Origin: Harriotta raleighana
Lineage: Eukaryota
Assembly: GCA_050575255.1 (NCBI GenBank)
Contig: JBNZDD010013726.1
Coordinates: 7,635,156-7,699,155, forward strand
Reading direction: 5' to 3'
Length of the DNA stretch: 64,000 bases
In this document: positions 24,801 through 37,697 of the stretch, one piece after another
How positions within the stretch are numbered: the stretch's first letter is position 1
How the letters are laid out: every line of letters starts with the position of its first letter
The notes under the pieces: generated by a model
Database searches by the model: none
What the model saw: only the letters and a program-made list of their open reading frames with translations
Told to the model about the DNA's origin: nothing
Program-made: the position numbers and the translations under genes

Positions 24801-25654
24801 TTAAGCAGTGTGTGTGTTAATCCATTCAAAAAGACTGCACGGTGGCAAAGATGAGAAGAATGAAACAACTCAGCAAGTGTTTGTAATGGAATGCTGGAAC
24901 TACTCAACTTCAGTCAGCTGAGGTCACGTGTGTAGCATTAGTTTTGGCTGTGAACTTGACCCATTGAGAAATGATGGAATTCCAGCCGGAAAAGCAGGAA
25001 CAAAAGCGACACAGTGCTGTTAAGAAAGCACATGTATTAAATCTTTGTTTTCTGCCCCCCCAAATCTGTAGTATTAAACCTCAAGGTAATGAAACTGATG
25101 GGCTTTACATAAGAGGAGTTGTAAGAGCTTTTAAGGAGGCTGTATTTATCCTGTCTTCAGTAATTTGTTCTGGGTGTTTTGAAAAGAAATCACATTTCCT
25201 GTTAGGGTCTTTGGAAGTTACTATGGTTCAGCGGGGTTGAGGGTTTGAGCAATTAGTTAACTCAGCAATTTTGATAGGACTGGATTTACCCATATAATTG
25301 GAAACCTTGGTGTGATCACTTATGCATCCATGGCTAACTATACAAGTATGTTACAAGCGTTTGGTGAGTAGCAAAGGATAATTGTACAAAGTTGGGTTTG
25401 TTCACAAGAGCAGAATGTTTATTGGTTAAGCCAAATGCAAAAGACCTGTGTTCTGTTACACAATGATATGAGATTTTGTTTAAAAATGTGGATTGTGATT
25501 TTGTGCAATCAGATCAAAATTTGTTGGTTTTCCTCATCCATGTGCTGTAGCAGTGTGAAAACAAGTCCTGACATGAATTTAAATTGAATTAAGTTAAAGT
25601 TAAAATGCTATCATTTCAATATGAATCTAATGAGGTGTACTCTCTTCAGGTTTT

Positions 25655-25828
25655 AATAATATAATAATAATCCTTGCATTTGATATAGCACTTTTCACTG
25701 TTCTAGACGTCTCAAAGCACTTCCCAGAATATTCTGCAAAGTGAATTGACTGTATATTTGTGGGTGAACATGCCAGCCAATTGTGCACAGCAGTGTCCCA
25801 CAAACAGTCGTGGAATGAGTGACCAAAT
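25655..25828 (-). mobile_element. SINE 3' half
   Basis: Reverse complement of the tail and Deu-like core. Confidence 0.85.
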
Positions 25829-28259
25829 TATTAGTGTATTAATCCTCGCATCTGATATTGTGCCATGTCACATCATCAAAATGTCTCAAAAGTGCTAAGT
25901 GATAGTGCTGTATCATTGGTAGTGGTTTACCTTGGCTGATCAGTGTTTCAAGGTCATAATTAAGTTTACCTCTGGCCAACTTGTAATTTTCAATTTCTCT
26001 CCATAAAGCAACCTGTTTCACATTTGAAATGTCTGCATTTTAGGTCTGTTAATTCTCCCCCCCCCTCGTGCTACACACACACACCCAAACACACACCCAC
26101 ACACACACCCACACACACACACCCCACCCATTAAAAGCTCACTAGAAAGTTGGAAACCAACAATAATTTAAAATTCCAGTTCCAAGAAAATATCTGATTT
26201 TAATGTTGTTTTCCATACTTGTAAAAGCACACTAATTATGTGTCTTTTGTGCGACTAATATGCTGCTTACCTCCAGTAATGAAAACAGTTTATGAATGCC
26301 AACTTGGTTCTTAAACATGAAGAAAAATCACTCAAGTTGGCCAGCATCTAAAATTCCCATTTACATTCTATATTGGTGGGAAATAAATTCTAGGACTGTT
26401 GTTAGGTAAATCAATCAGATCTCAGAATACAAACAATGATCCTGGTAACATATTAGAAATGATCATGTTGAGACAAATTGCCTTGCTTTGTTCATCTCAT
26501 GGCAAAATGTTCATTTTTAATGTAATGTACAATGGTACATGGGCATCAGATCCTACACTCTTCTATAATACATTCTAATCAGCTAACACAACCTCAACTT
26601 GATTTTAATTCAATCATTATTATTATCAAATGAACGACTGGAGTTGACCCTAATGCCTTTATAGTTATGTTCTCCAAATAATTTAGAAATGTGCTTACTT
26701 ATCTAAGAAATGGAAAGCTGCCAACTTGTAAATGTGTCCAGGATGATCTTTAACGTCATGAGTTGAAATAATTTTTTTCAGTAATTTAAGGTTTTGTCCT
26801 CCCTATTAACAGTGAGTTCACCTTTAAACTCTTCTATTTTATAAAACAAAAGGTGTGCATGTTATGTTATTATTCTAAACATTTACACTCTCAAAATATA
26901 AACTGCATTTTCAAGATCTCAACCAGGATTTCTTCCTGTCTGTGCTGGATTTTATGTTTTGTTGCAGTTTAGATAATTTCCTTCCACAAGTTTCAGAAAT
27001 TAGTGTTTCAATCCTACATTGTAAACTTCTGTGGGATATTTATGGGAATGCTCCCTAAAAGGCTCTCCAGGTTTTATTGCAGCAATGTTGGAAGTGTTAA
27101 ACTAGTTTGTAACAAAGTTTGCAGTCTAATTCTTATGACCTTGCACTATGGTGAGCCACGGGCAGGTGATTAAATATCAAGTAGGCAGCACTAGCATAAG
27201 CTGTATCATCCCCCAAGTTGCGCCTGCTTGGAATGCTATTTTAGTATCTGATTAGAGTAGCATTTTAAACTTGTAGATTAAGGGAGAATTAACAAGACCA
27301 CAAGATGTATGATTTCTCTATTGGGGGAGGATTTTTTTTAATAGATTTGGTGATTATAAAAGTAATCTATTCTCCCGAGTGTTAAGTAACCCTTATTACT
27401 GAAAGATACTTTGATCATACCATCCAGTTGCAGTACTTTGACTGGATACAGCTAAGTACTTGAACCTTCTGACAGCTGTACTAAAACTTGTGCAACAGTA
27501 AAACCATACAAGGTTTGACATATTGGCTCAGTACTCATAGCAGTCGAATGCTGAAGTTCCAATCAGAAGATTGGACATTCGAGTCCCAGCATTGCCTGCC
27601 ACTCAAACTGCACATCATGATGACTGATATTCTCCAGCCTTTCCTTAGGGTGGAGATAAATTATTTAAACAGGCGGTCAGATTCAAAGATATTTTTTTTT
27701 TAATGTCACCATTTGATAGCGTGTTGATTGTGTCCATTCATTGTTTTTGAACTGTGTTTTTAAATTTTCTGTTATGGCAGAGTACTATTGTGGACTTCTA
27801 CTAGTCCTAAAGCATTTCAGTTGTGTAGGAGATTAATCTCTTATGTTAAACATGGTGCTCCATGCCAAAATAGCCTGTTCCCTAGTCTGCGGTTTTATTT
27901 AGCTCTCACATTCTTCAGCATGAGGATTATCAGTTAGTTGCGACAGACATCTGAGATGAGAAGAAGTTCCCCTCATGATACTTCAAACGCAGCATGGAGA
28001 AAATGGAACCCTTTTATTATGAGAAATTATTTGTTAAATAATTAGACTCCTCCAATAATTAAAATTATATTTTTTGTAAACTTCAAGAATTATTTAAGAG
28101 TGTGTGTGTGTATATAACAACAACAAATTATATTTATAGAGCGCTTTTCATGTTGGGTAGACTTCTGTGTGTTTTTAAAAATATTTTTTTATTAAACATC
28201 CAACTTTCTACAGTTGATTGTCAACAAGACCGAGGCCTCACTGATTGGTTCCTGCTAGT

Positions 28260-28558
28260 GCCTCCATACCTCAGGCACTGGCAACAGCAACCTCCGTGGT
28301 TGCACACCTCCACCCCACCAAGCCAGTCAGGAACCTAGGTGTCTTGTTCAATCTTCAACTGTCTTTTCTCCCCCACATCCATGCCATGACCCGCTCTGCC
28401 TTCCCTCACCTCCGCAACATTGCCCAACTCTGCCACGACCTCATCCCCCAGGCCGCTGAAACTCATTCATGCCTTCATCATGTCCAGACTTGACTATGCC
28501 AACACCCTGCTTGTCGGCCTCCCTACATGAAAGGCACCATATAAATGTAATTTTGTTA
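28260..28558 (+). mobile_element. L2-clade LINE ORF2 fragment with 3' tail
   Basis: Translates as PVRNLGVLFN..LSF.PHI...TRSAF.HLRNIA.L...AAET, then after a frameshift IHAFI.SRLDYANTLLVGLP, typical of the L2 post-RT region. Tail GAAAGGCACCATATAAATGTAA. Confidence 0.85.
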
Positions 28559-29624
28559 CTGGAACATATGTGATCAAATGCTGTATATTGAATAACTCCG
28601 TTACTGCAAACTGAATTGTCAATACATTCAAGAATTCTTTCAACTTGAACTCATTTCGTGAAGTGGTTGCAGCTCCTTTTCATTGTGGACGAGATACAAG
28701 TTGTATATTTGGGAGCATTCTCTTGTTGAACACATGTAATTGGCACAATGCAATCGATGGTGGTTAATGGTAGAAATCCATTCTGAATTGTTTGTGGATG
28801 AAATATTTTTAAATGTGATACTTAGTGATATTTGTACTTGACATTTGAGTTTTATAACTCATCAACAAGTGATCTTACTAAGTAATACCTTTGAGGATTT
28901 GTTTTATGTGAATGCAAAAATGTTCAAATGCAAATTTAAATAAACTGCATATATCAATGTAATAATAAATCTTTGGCTGGTTTGTACCAAATTTGAATTC
29001 ACATGCAGTATTTCAAGAGCAGCCCATCACCTACAGATGATTAAAATATAAATTACAGAATTGACAAGGTGTTGTATTTAGAATTAATATAGAAAAGTAA
29101 AATGATTGTGAATGAATCCTTTTGTACCCACCCTACATGATTGATTTACTACAGTTTAATGTAATTTAAAATTAAACCTGAGTTGGTTTGTTTTTTTTGT
29201 GACAAAATACATACTCAATAAATTGTCAGCTTACCTAAATATTACATTTTTCAGCTCAACCGAGTCAAGTAAAATATTTTTCCCATATTGCTAAAATGGG
29301 ATTAGTTGGAGTTTTATGTTTTGCATCTACATAATATCTAATAAAGTAAAATGACCTAGTGATGCAATGTGTCCTATTGCTGATCAAATTATCTTCATAG
29401 ATCAGTCTGCTGTAGTACCAAGGTACACTCCCTATCTTTTAGTGTTATAATGGAGAGGCTATATTTAGCTATCATGACTAGCAGAATGTGTTTCAACATG
29501 CTTACGATACATTTTGCTCTGCAAGTTTTTATTGCCACAAGCAGAGACTTGCGTTATTTTTTTCTTGGAACAAGTTTATCAGAAATGCACTTACAACCAT
29601 TTTAGTAGCTCTTTTATTTTACAG

Positions 29625-29684
29625 GACGTTTGGGCCTAAATTTCCCTCATCCAGGAACAGATAACCTTGTGGCACTAAATAATA
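29625..29684 (+). CDS. CPEB3: CPEB3 coding exon 3 (60 nt), GRLGLNFPHPGTDNLVALNN
   Basis: Acceptor cttttattttacag|, donor ATA|GTAAGT, phase 1/1. Resembles mammalian GRMGINFHHPGTDNIMALN. Confidence 0.93.
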
Positions 29685-30436
29685 GTAAGTAACATTTTCT
29701 TTTACGCAGTAACTGCAAATATTCACAAAGAATTGTTTCTGTTCCTGAAAGGTTAGCATTTCTTGTTATTGTTCTCGTAGATTCAATCTGGTATCTTAAC
29801 AGTTTAGAGATGGAAGTTTTTATTCATAAAAAAGGGCAACAAGTGAATTAATTCATTTTGTGTAATTCTTTAAACCACAGTTTATTGAAGTACTTTATTT
29901 TAAATTGATTTCTACTTGTTCATTTGCTCAACCATATGACAGGTACAGAATTAAGATGGTAATATGTTCTCTTACCCAAAATAATCTAGGAGAAAAAATG
30001 TTTTTGTTTCAAAATAAGTAGTGTTCTGTTGTGCTCTGCCATGTAAATGTCACTGTTGTAATTTCCTGTAACAAATTAAACTTGAATGAAATTTTAGACA
30101 AATGTCAAACCTATGATTGCCCTATACCCTATAAATGCATTGAACAAAATAAAATGGATGTATTGCCCCTACAAGAAACTCACCTGTGGACCAAATTATT
30201 TACCACCACTAAATGTGAGGAATTTTAGAATCTTGATATCTCCACACACTGTTAAATTTACCTTGAATTACCAAGCTTACATTATATATGCAGAAAACCG
30301 ATACAGCAAGGAAGCTGGTCATTTAACCCAACTAATCCTTGCTGTCATTTATACTCCATATGAGCCTCCAACCCTCCTAATCCTTCTCCCCCTCCATATC
30401 ACCTCTATTAACTTATATAATGCATGTATGCATTAT

Positions 30437-30733
30437 GGCGTCCTGTAGCTCAGTGGTTCGAACTCTCACCTTACAAGCGAGAGACCTTGGTTCGATTCCA
30501 AGCAGTGAGAAAGCTAGGGCAAGTTTCCTTACTCCACATGCCCACTAATAATCCCTCAAAAACAAATTGATAATAGTTTTAATGTCTGTTTGTGGGACAC
30601 TGCTGTGTGCAATTGGCTGCTGCGTTTCGCCCACAAATATGCAGTCAATTCACTTTACAGTATATTCTGTGAAGCACTTTGAGATGTCTAGAAGATGTGA
30701 AAAGCGCTATATCAAATGCAAGGATTATTATTA
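30437..30733 (+). mobile_element. Full-length tRNA-derived SINE (DeuSINE-like)
   Basis: A box TAGCTCAGTGG (30446-30456), B box GGTTCGATTCC (30489-30499), Deu-like core TGTTTGTGGGACACTGCTGTGTGCAATTGGCTGC, L2-like tail AGCGCTATATCAAATGCAAGG and (ATT)n. Confidence 0.9.
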
Positions 30734-32226
30734 TTGTTGTTTCCTCTTAAAAACGTTGATGCTTTATGCTTCAATCAAAGTTTCTTCTGACAGTGCATTT
30801 TCACCATCTTTTTACCACTCTGCATTGCAAAGTTTCTCCTAAATTCCTGTTTAGATTCCTGTTTAGATTTGCTATTATCTTGTGTTTGTGGCCCCTTGTT
30901 TTGGATACATCAAAAAGAGGAACAGTCTTTTAGAATTCACCTTAATAAATATCTGTATCAGATTGATCACCATGACTAATCTGTTCCAGAACCTTTTTTT
31001 TTAACAAAGAAAGTTGCATACAGTTTTGTTGAGGATAGTAATTTAGTACATTTTTGTTGCAGTCGTGATATTGCGTTGCAGTAATGTTGAGGGTCATTTA
31101 TTTTAATGCTGTTCTAAATATGTCAAGTGTTCCTATTGAGATGTTCAGTTCTGACAGCTATGGTCATACTGGGTCTGAGAGCAAAGGATACCAGTTCTCA
31201 AATGAATGAAACACATCTATGAAATCCAACATGGAGGACAATTACATGAAACACTGCTCGCTGCTGAGAAAATAATGAATTGATTGACTATGCGATCTTA
31301 AGACCAAAAGTAACACATTATCAATAACTCACTAATTTTTCATTCAAGCAGAATGCTTTTCTTTTTCGCGAAACTTGCTTATGAGTAGTTGTGTCCTTCA
31401 GCTAACTCTTGAAACAGTTGCTGGATTATGCCAATTGCGCTACTATGTGTGCGATGTGGCTGGAAGGAAGCTCAGTTGCATTTATGCTTTTTTTTAAAAA
31501 CAAAATCGAGAACTCCAGAAATGTTGACCACCGAATTCTAGGAAAACCACAATATTTTCCCATTGAATGAATGTGGTAAAAGCTGACAAATCTGTGCCCC
31601 TTCTGGGCTGGTTTAGTGGGAAACTGCATCTTTTTGCCCTGACACGTTTTCATGTGCAACAACATACAGATGGAATGGTCATTAGTTTAGTTTGGAGATT
31701 TTGTGATTGTGGTTCTGAGTTTCTGGGTGTGCCCATCACACTGCTGATCAAAAAGAAAAGTCAAACAAGAAGGTTTTACAATCTAACTGTGCTAAGAAAA
31801 AAAAGATAACAAGAGCAAATGTGAGCACTCTGAAAATACTAGAACGTACAAAAGGCCCTTTGGGATCCTGTATAATATTTTCGGTGAGACATTTTATCAC
31901 AATTTGTTTTTGCTCTTGTTTTCTTAATGTGTACTAATTTTAGTTTTTCTCAAATTTCCATTTGTTGCTGGTACTTATTTTAAGTAATAGTCTTGCCAGA
32001 CTGTGAGGCATAAGTCTCTCTAATCTTGTATTAGATCTCTCTTTTACACCTTAAGTCAGATGTATTTCTGATTTCTGCACCCTTATTGCTTGCACCATAT
32101 TCTTTTCGTCGCAGGGTGACTGAAACTCAAAACCAGACATGATCCGCTATTGTAAAGCTTCAGCACATCAATATTTTTTCTGACACGTTAGATTGCATGC
32201 TGTGTTCTATCGACCTTTGTGTAATA

Positions 32227-32617
32227 CAGTAAAAGCTTCGTCATCCGGCACCCTCGAGACCTGACTGTTGCCAATTAATTAAATGTGCCGGATATTCCAG
32301 TGGCAAGTTTCCGAAAATCCTACACAAAAAATTAACTTATTTTAAAATGTACCATATTAATAATGGACTAAATAATAACAGAATATTGGATGGATACTTA
32401 CCAATAAAGCATTCCAACACACTCGGTAAAATGATCGGTAAAAAAGCATTCCGTTCGGTAAATTTAATAAGTGCGCAAGCACAAAGTGAGCATACTCACA
32501 AGTGTCCCGGATGGCTACGGTATGAGATCCGGTTGCTGGAATGGTGAATTGTATTGGGAGATACCGGTTGGTTGATCGTTCCGGTTGGTTGGGTGCTGTA
32601 TAACCAAGCTTTTACTG
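32227..32617. mobile_element. Second, shorter MITE of the same family
   Basis: TA|CAGTAAAAGCTT ... AAGCTTTTACTG|TA. Shares the internal block ACCATATTAATAATGGACTAAATAATAAC with the 20874 copy. Confidence 0.85.
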
Positions 32618-35600
32618 TACTTTGCATTTGTGTCTCTTTAAGTTTAATTTTGCCATGGCTTTCTCTCAATTGCATGATGAAACTTAATTTTTTTGCTGTA
32701 TCTTCTGTCTCTTTTGAGCAAATTTGACCTGTTTATTCCTTTTCGTATCCAGGTCAGTTATGTAGATTAGAAACTTTGCAAAGTGATGACCATCGCCTTA
32801 GGACGTCCCCCCAATGGGAAAGGCGCTCTAGAAATGTAATTTTGTTGTTGTTATAGTGACTGTTCAATATATGCACATTTCAGAATTATTTTGACACATC
32901 TTTCATGCAATATACACATTAAAACAGTGATTTTATCACAAATAAGAGTGATCCTGGGAATATAATGAATGTTCCCTGCATAGTGAATAGCTTGTATCTG
33001 GCTCGATAAAGTGGTATATTTTCCATAAGCCGTCAGTTACTGACCCATTATTAACTCATCCGTGATTATTTAATGTGTTCAGGTCCAAATTAAACACTTT
33101 CTCGTCACCCTGTGTAGGCATTCTTGCCTCTCAAGTCAGAGGTTTGGCTTGATGTCCCATGTTGAGACTTTTAGAATCCATGCCAATATCCAAAAAAGAG
33201 AAGGGAATTTCTCCTGATATCTGGTCAATAATCGGCCAGAACAATTAATTATTGATTTCATGGCTGTTTGGAGGATATTGTGTGCAAATTTACCTACAAA
33301 AACGCATTCAATAGGCTTTATTTACACTGAATAGCTTTGAAGTTCGTTGACGTGTCATCCTAGAAGAATAAAAGAACTGAAGGTGCCCTTGGAACCTTAC
33401 AATACAGAAGTCACAACATTCAGCAACAGAATAATTTCTGCTTTATTAGAATAATTCAATAAGTAATAGAATGATTACTGCTAAAAGCACTGCTTTAAAA
33501 GAAAGCAATTGATCAGAAGTTGCAATAGAATATTGGCTCTCTTTTCGAATTATACCTGATATTCTAAACATGCCAATGGAAGTAGTTACAGTATGAAACT
33601 ATCCTAACAGAATGTTAACTATCTTACAATAATCATTTTTCTTTGTCTTTCTGATTTTGGGCTGTATCAATCTGTCACCTGTGTACTATACACTCGTTGA
33701 CAGTTTATCGACTCCCATCTCAGTGAATATGAGCTTGAATTTTGATCTTGAATCCGCTGTTATGGAGCAATGCTGTTTGTGGCTATACAAACTATTTAAT
33801 GGTTTGTTATGCATCCCCATCATTTTGTTTTGTACATAATCCAGTTATTATGCTGTTTCTGTTTGCCAAGTATAGGGCAGCATTCTTCTTTCTTGTCAGA
33901 TTTTTCCACATCTTGCACCTGTGCCTCGTCCCAACTACCATTTTATCTTGCGCACTATGCACACAAATCCTATGAAATGAGAACAATTTGTTTGCACGGT
34001 AGCTAATTTACAACAAGTTTGGTTTAGGAAAACCTTTTCGGGAGCCACAAAGAAATTAAAAGCACTTTGTCCTTGGGGTTCGGTGTCACAGAAGGTAATG
34101 CCCTCAGCTTTCAAGCAAAGGCCTTCAATCTCCTATTGTCAACCAGTTACAGTATTATGGTGATATTGTAACAAATGACTGAGTGTGATCTAATCTGTAT
34201 ACAGGATATATGGAAGACACCAATTGTATATTATTGGATTATTACATATTATGTGTTCAACTGTAACATACAGCATTAATTGGCTGCCATTCTCAAATCA
34301 TTGCATATACCAAACTGCAGATTCATAGAAGAACTTTAAGAATATCATGCACATCTGTGCCCTATATTTGAGTCTATGAACTGTCCTGTTGCCTCTTGAC
34401 AGGACAGGAAGTTTTACATTACACCATCTTTCAAATATGTTAACATCACTAATTATTGCTTATGCAATGTGATGACATTAGTCGCATGATATTCTGGCAC
34501 CTGCCTGGAACCAAGCCTTAAATAAAAGCCACTGGGTCCAAAATACATTCACAATTAAAGCATTGACACATCAGGCGTGTAATGAGATCACACCTGCATT
34601 CAAAAATACAAGGGACAGCAAGACGCCTGAGGGGAAGGGGTAACATTTCTCCATGATTAGATTTACTCTTATTCATAACAGTATAAGAGTGTCCAGAATT
34701 TAACAAACTAACTCTAAACTCTGAAGATCTGTTCAGGTTATTTTAAGAACTGCACAGAGCCGGCTTCGAAGCAGAGACTGAATTAATCAATTCTGGAGAG
34801 TTTCTAAAATGCAACTTGGGTGGAAAAAAATCTAGACATGGGTGGAACGTTACCTCAAAGGTTGCTTTATTGTCAGGATGCCCACATTCAGTGCTGGTGC
34901 TTTTTCTGCACGTGTAAACTAAAGCCTGAATCAGTTTCAGTGTCAGTCCCCTAATGGGATTACGCTCAATTCTTTCTTAGAAGTGAAAGGGACTAGAAAA
35001 AGCTTAAATCCAATGCTTCTGAGTTGGTTTTCCCTTTAACAAAAGGGAGAAGTATTCTGAACAAGACATTAAACCAGGTGTTCTGGAATGTGTGTAATTC
35101 CATTTAAATGGATTGTGAAGTGTGGAAATGTTTTTCACACATTTGATGTAATTGCTTGCCTGTCTAAGACTATTTATAGATGTGTTGCCTGCTGTGTGAA
35201 GGGATAAGTGTAAGATTTATTTCCTTTTAGTGCTGAGTAAATTGAGACTTTTTTAAATTGATAATTAGATGATGGTTTATTTTATCAAATTTTGAGGTTT
35301 CCAAGATCCGAATCACCTCTGGAAAAACATGTGAATTCATAGATGGTTTTAAAATGCTTTCCATCAGTAACTAAAAGAAATGAAAACTCAAGATGTATTC
35401 AATTTAGAGCTTTCATAACATTATTTTAGTTTTGATAGCAGGAGATGGGCACCTCAAGTTATTTTTTCCAAAACATGTGTCTGTTAAATATTCTTATACT
35501 ACAATACTCAGTTAACTTTCCTGTCATCTGCTGCATACCGATGAGGAGAGTTTCTGAGACGCTATATTGTTTTGTTAGTCACAACAAAATTTACAATTGC

Positions 35601-35680
35601 ATTTCAGAATGAGTTGTATTTGCATACTGATGAAATTGGATCTAGTATATTTTGATTTACTATTGTCTTACCATTTAAAT

Positions 35681-35812
35681 TAGAACATAAGAACATAAGA
35701 AGTAGGAGCATGAATAGGCCATTCGGCCCTTTGAGCCTGCCCCACTATTTAATAAGATCTTGTCTGATCTTCTTTCCTGATTCCATTTATCTGCCCTGTC
35801 CCCATATCACTT
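35681..35812 (-). mobile_element. CR1 LINE 3' end fragment
   Basis: (AGAACATA)n terminal repeat and AGGCCATTCGGCCCTTTGAGCCTGC; similar to 63243 onward. Confidence 0.8.
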
Positions 35813-36562
35813 AATTAGTTCTGTAATGAATACTATTTGATGTGATTGTGATGGATTTCACACAACAAAAAATATGTTTCGCAAGGTTTTGATTTTAATA
35901 AACTGCGTGTTTAAGTTATGCAGAATTTGATCTATTTTCATAAAAATATGGAGGAATGCTCGATCCAAACTAAAATAATGAATAAAAATTATCTTCCACA
36001 TGGATTTTTCTAAACGTAACTCTATAGAGCTCTATTGAAGATTTGGGTGCTAATGGAGTAATATACTGTACATGTATTTCAAAGTAGTAATTAACTGATT
36101 TTCCTATTTTCCATAATTGTGTATTGNCGTAACTCTATAGAGCTCTATTGAAGATTTGGGTGCTAATGGAGTAATATACTGTACATGTATTTTCAAAGTA
36201 GTAATTAACTGATTTTCCTATTTTCCATAATTGTGTATTGCACTAAGATATACAATTCCAAGTCTGTGGTTAATGAGTGAATCCTGGAATCACTATATGT
36301 TACTGTTTTTTGTGAGCCTGGTCGCACCCTGACACAATGTTGAAGTGACTCAAAATGCAATGTGCTAATAGGATCCAGGTTGTCAGCAGATGTGATGATT
36401 CTATCCAGAATGCAGAAGATAGTAAGATAAAAGTTTAAACTACTGACCCTTCACATGTAGAATCTTGATGTACTACAACAACAAACGTACATTTAAAGAG
36501 CGCCTTTCCTGTCAGGAGGACGTCCCATGTTGTAGAAACCCTTGTTCATATTTGAAATAAGC

Positions 36563-36725
36563 TTTGCATTTCATATAGTACTTTTCACATCTACTAGATG
36601 TCTCAAAACGCCTCACAGAATATACTGTAAATATACTATTTGTAGTACATATAGAGGTGACTATTTGTAGGTGAAACGCGGGAGCCAATTGCGCACATCA
36701 GTGTCCCACAAACAGTCGTGGATTG
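36563..36725 (-). mobile_element. SINE 3' half
   Basis: Reverse complement of the tail and core (GCCAATTGCGCACATCAGTGTCCCACAAACAG). Confidence 0.82.
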
Positions 36726-37673
36726 AGATTATTAATAGCTTCTCAATCATTGGTACTTGGATTCTTCTGAGTGTGTAATTTGTTTTCTTTACCATTGCAC
36801 CTGATGTTTATGTCAGGTTTTAATCAAATTGGATGCTATCCTATTTTAAAAAGGATATTTTATTTTTGCCTCAGAATATTAATGAGGACCAAAGTACAGT
36901 ATTAGCTTTCTGTCAGAGATGGGAGCTACCATTTCTAAAGATCTTCTTCATTCTTTATAAAGAAAGAAATGATTCTGGCCTGACACTTACTTGGCAAACC
37001 TCGTTAGTATGTAGTATAATACTGAACATGATTTGATGGCTATAAATGAATCAGCACCTTCACAATAATGTGAGTGTGGGTGGGGGAGTGGAAATCGAAG
37101 TGTTGTGTGGATCACAAACAACTTGTAGCTTTGCAAGAATACCCAAGCAGTCTTTGTGCATTGAGGTTGGCTACCATACACACAAAAAAAATTAAGAAAA
37201 CCAGATTCCTGATGAAAATTTGAACGGTTTGAGTGCTAAATCCTAGAATCCACTACAGACAGAAACTAGCAAAATATATTTAATTCTGGATCTGCCATTC
37301 CTTATGAATGTTTATTAATATAATACAAACGTGAGTAAATATTTTAATTTCATAAGCTCCATCGCGGGAAAACTTTGCGCTGGAGCAGTCCCAACGAAAG
37401 GAGAAAATAGCTTATAAAATGGTTTCCTGGGGAAAGGGAGGAAAATACCCCACTGACCAATGGAACATTGGTATGTTGCACAAACAATTCATACTTATTA
37501 ATTTTGGGGGGGTTTATGGTCTACATAAGGTAGAGTTCTAATAATGAACAAACATGTCTGCGAAACTTGCTGTGCATACCTAATAATTTTTAGTACTCAT
37601 TGGCAAGTATACAGTATTTTAAAAGATTTACAGTGACAGGAAACACCTCTTTTCTCTCTTTGTTTACATGCAG

Positions 37674-37697
37674 CAAGGACATTTGGGCGGCGAAGAG
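37674..37697 (+). CDS. CPEB3: CPEB3 24-nt microexon (B-region), TRTFGRRR-G
   Basis: Pyrimidine tract then ...acatgcag|CAAGGACATTTGGGCGGCGAAGAG|gtaaag, phase 1/1. Homologous to the 8-aa CPEB2-4 microexon. Confidence 0.93.

Noticed and set aside
30437-30510. tRNA-like sequence with A and B boxes
   Set aside because: It is the head of a SINE continuing into the core and tail, with no proper acceptor stem. Not a tRNA gene.
33611-33730. Long AG-free zone and possible cryptic acceptor at 33703 giving IYRLPSQ-stop
   Set aside because: AG-free stretches of this length are expected several times by chance in ~50 kb of intron, and no strong donor follows.
35520-35565. Hammerhead-like GTC...CCGATGAG...GAGAC; also CTGATGA...GAAA at ~1794-1820
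   Set aside because: Core nucleotides deviate and stems I and III do not form.
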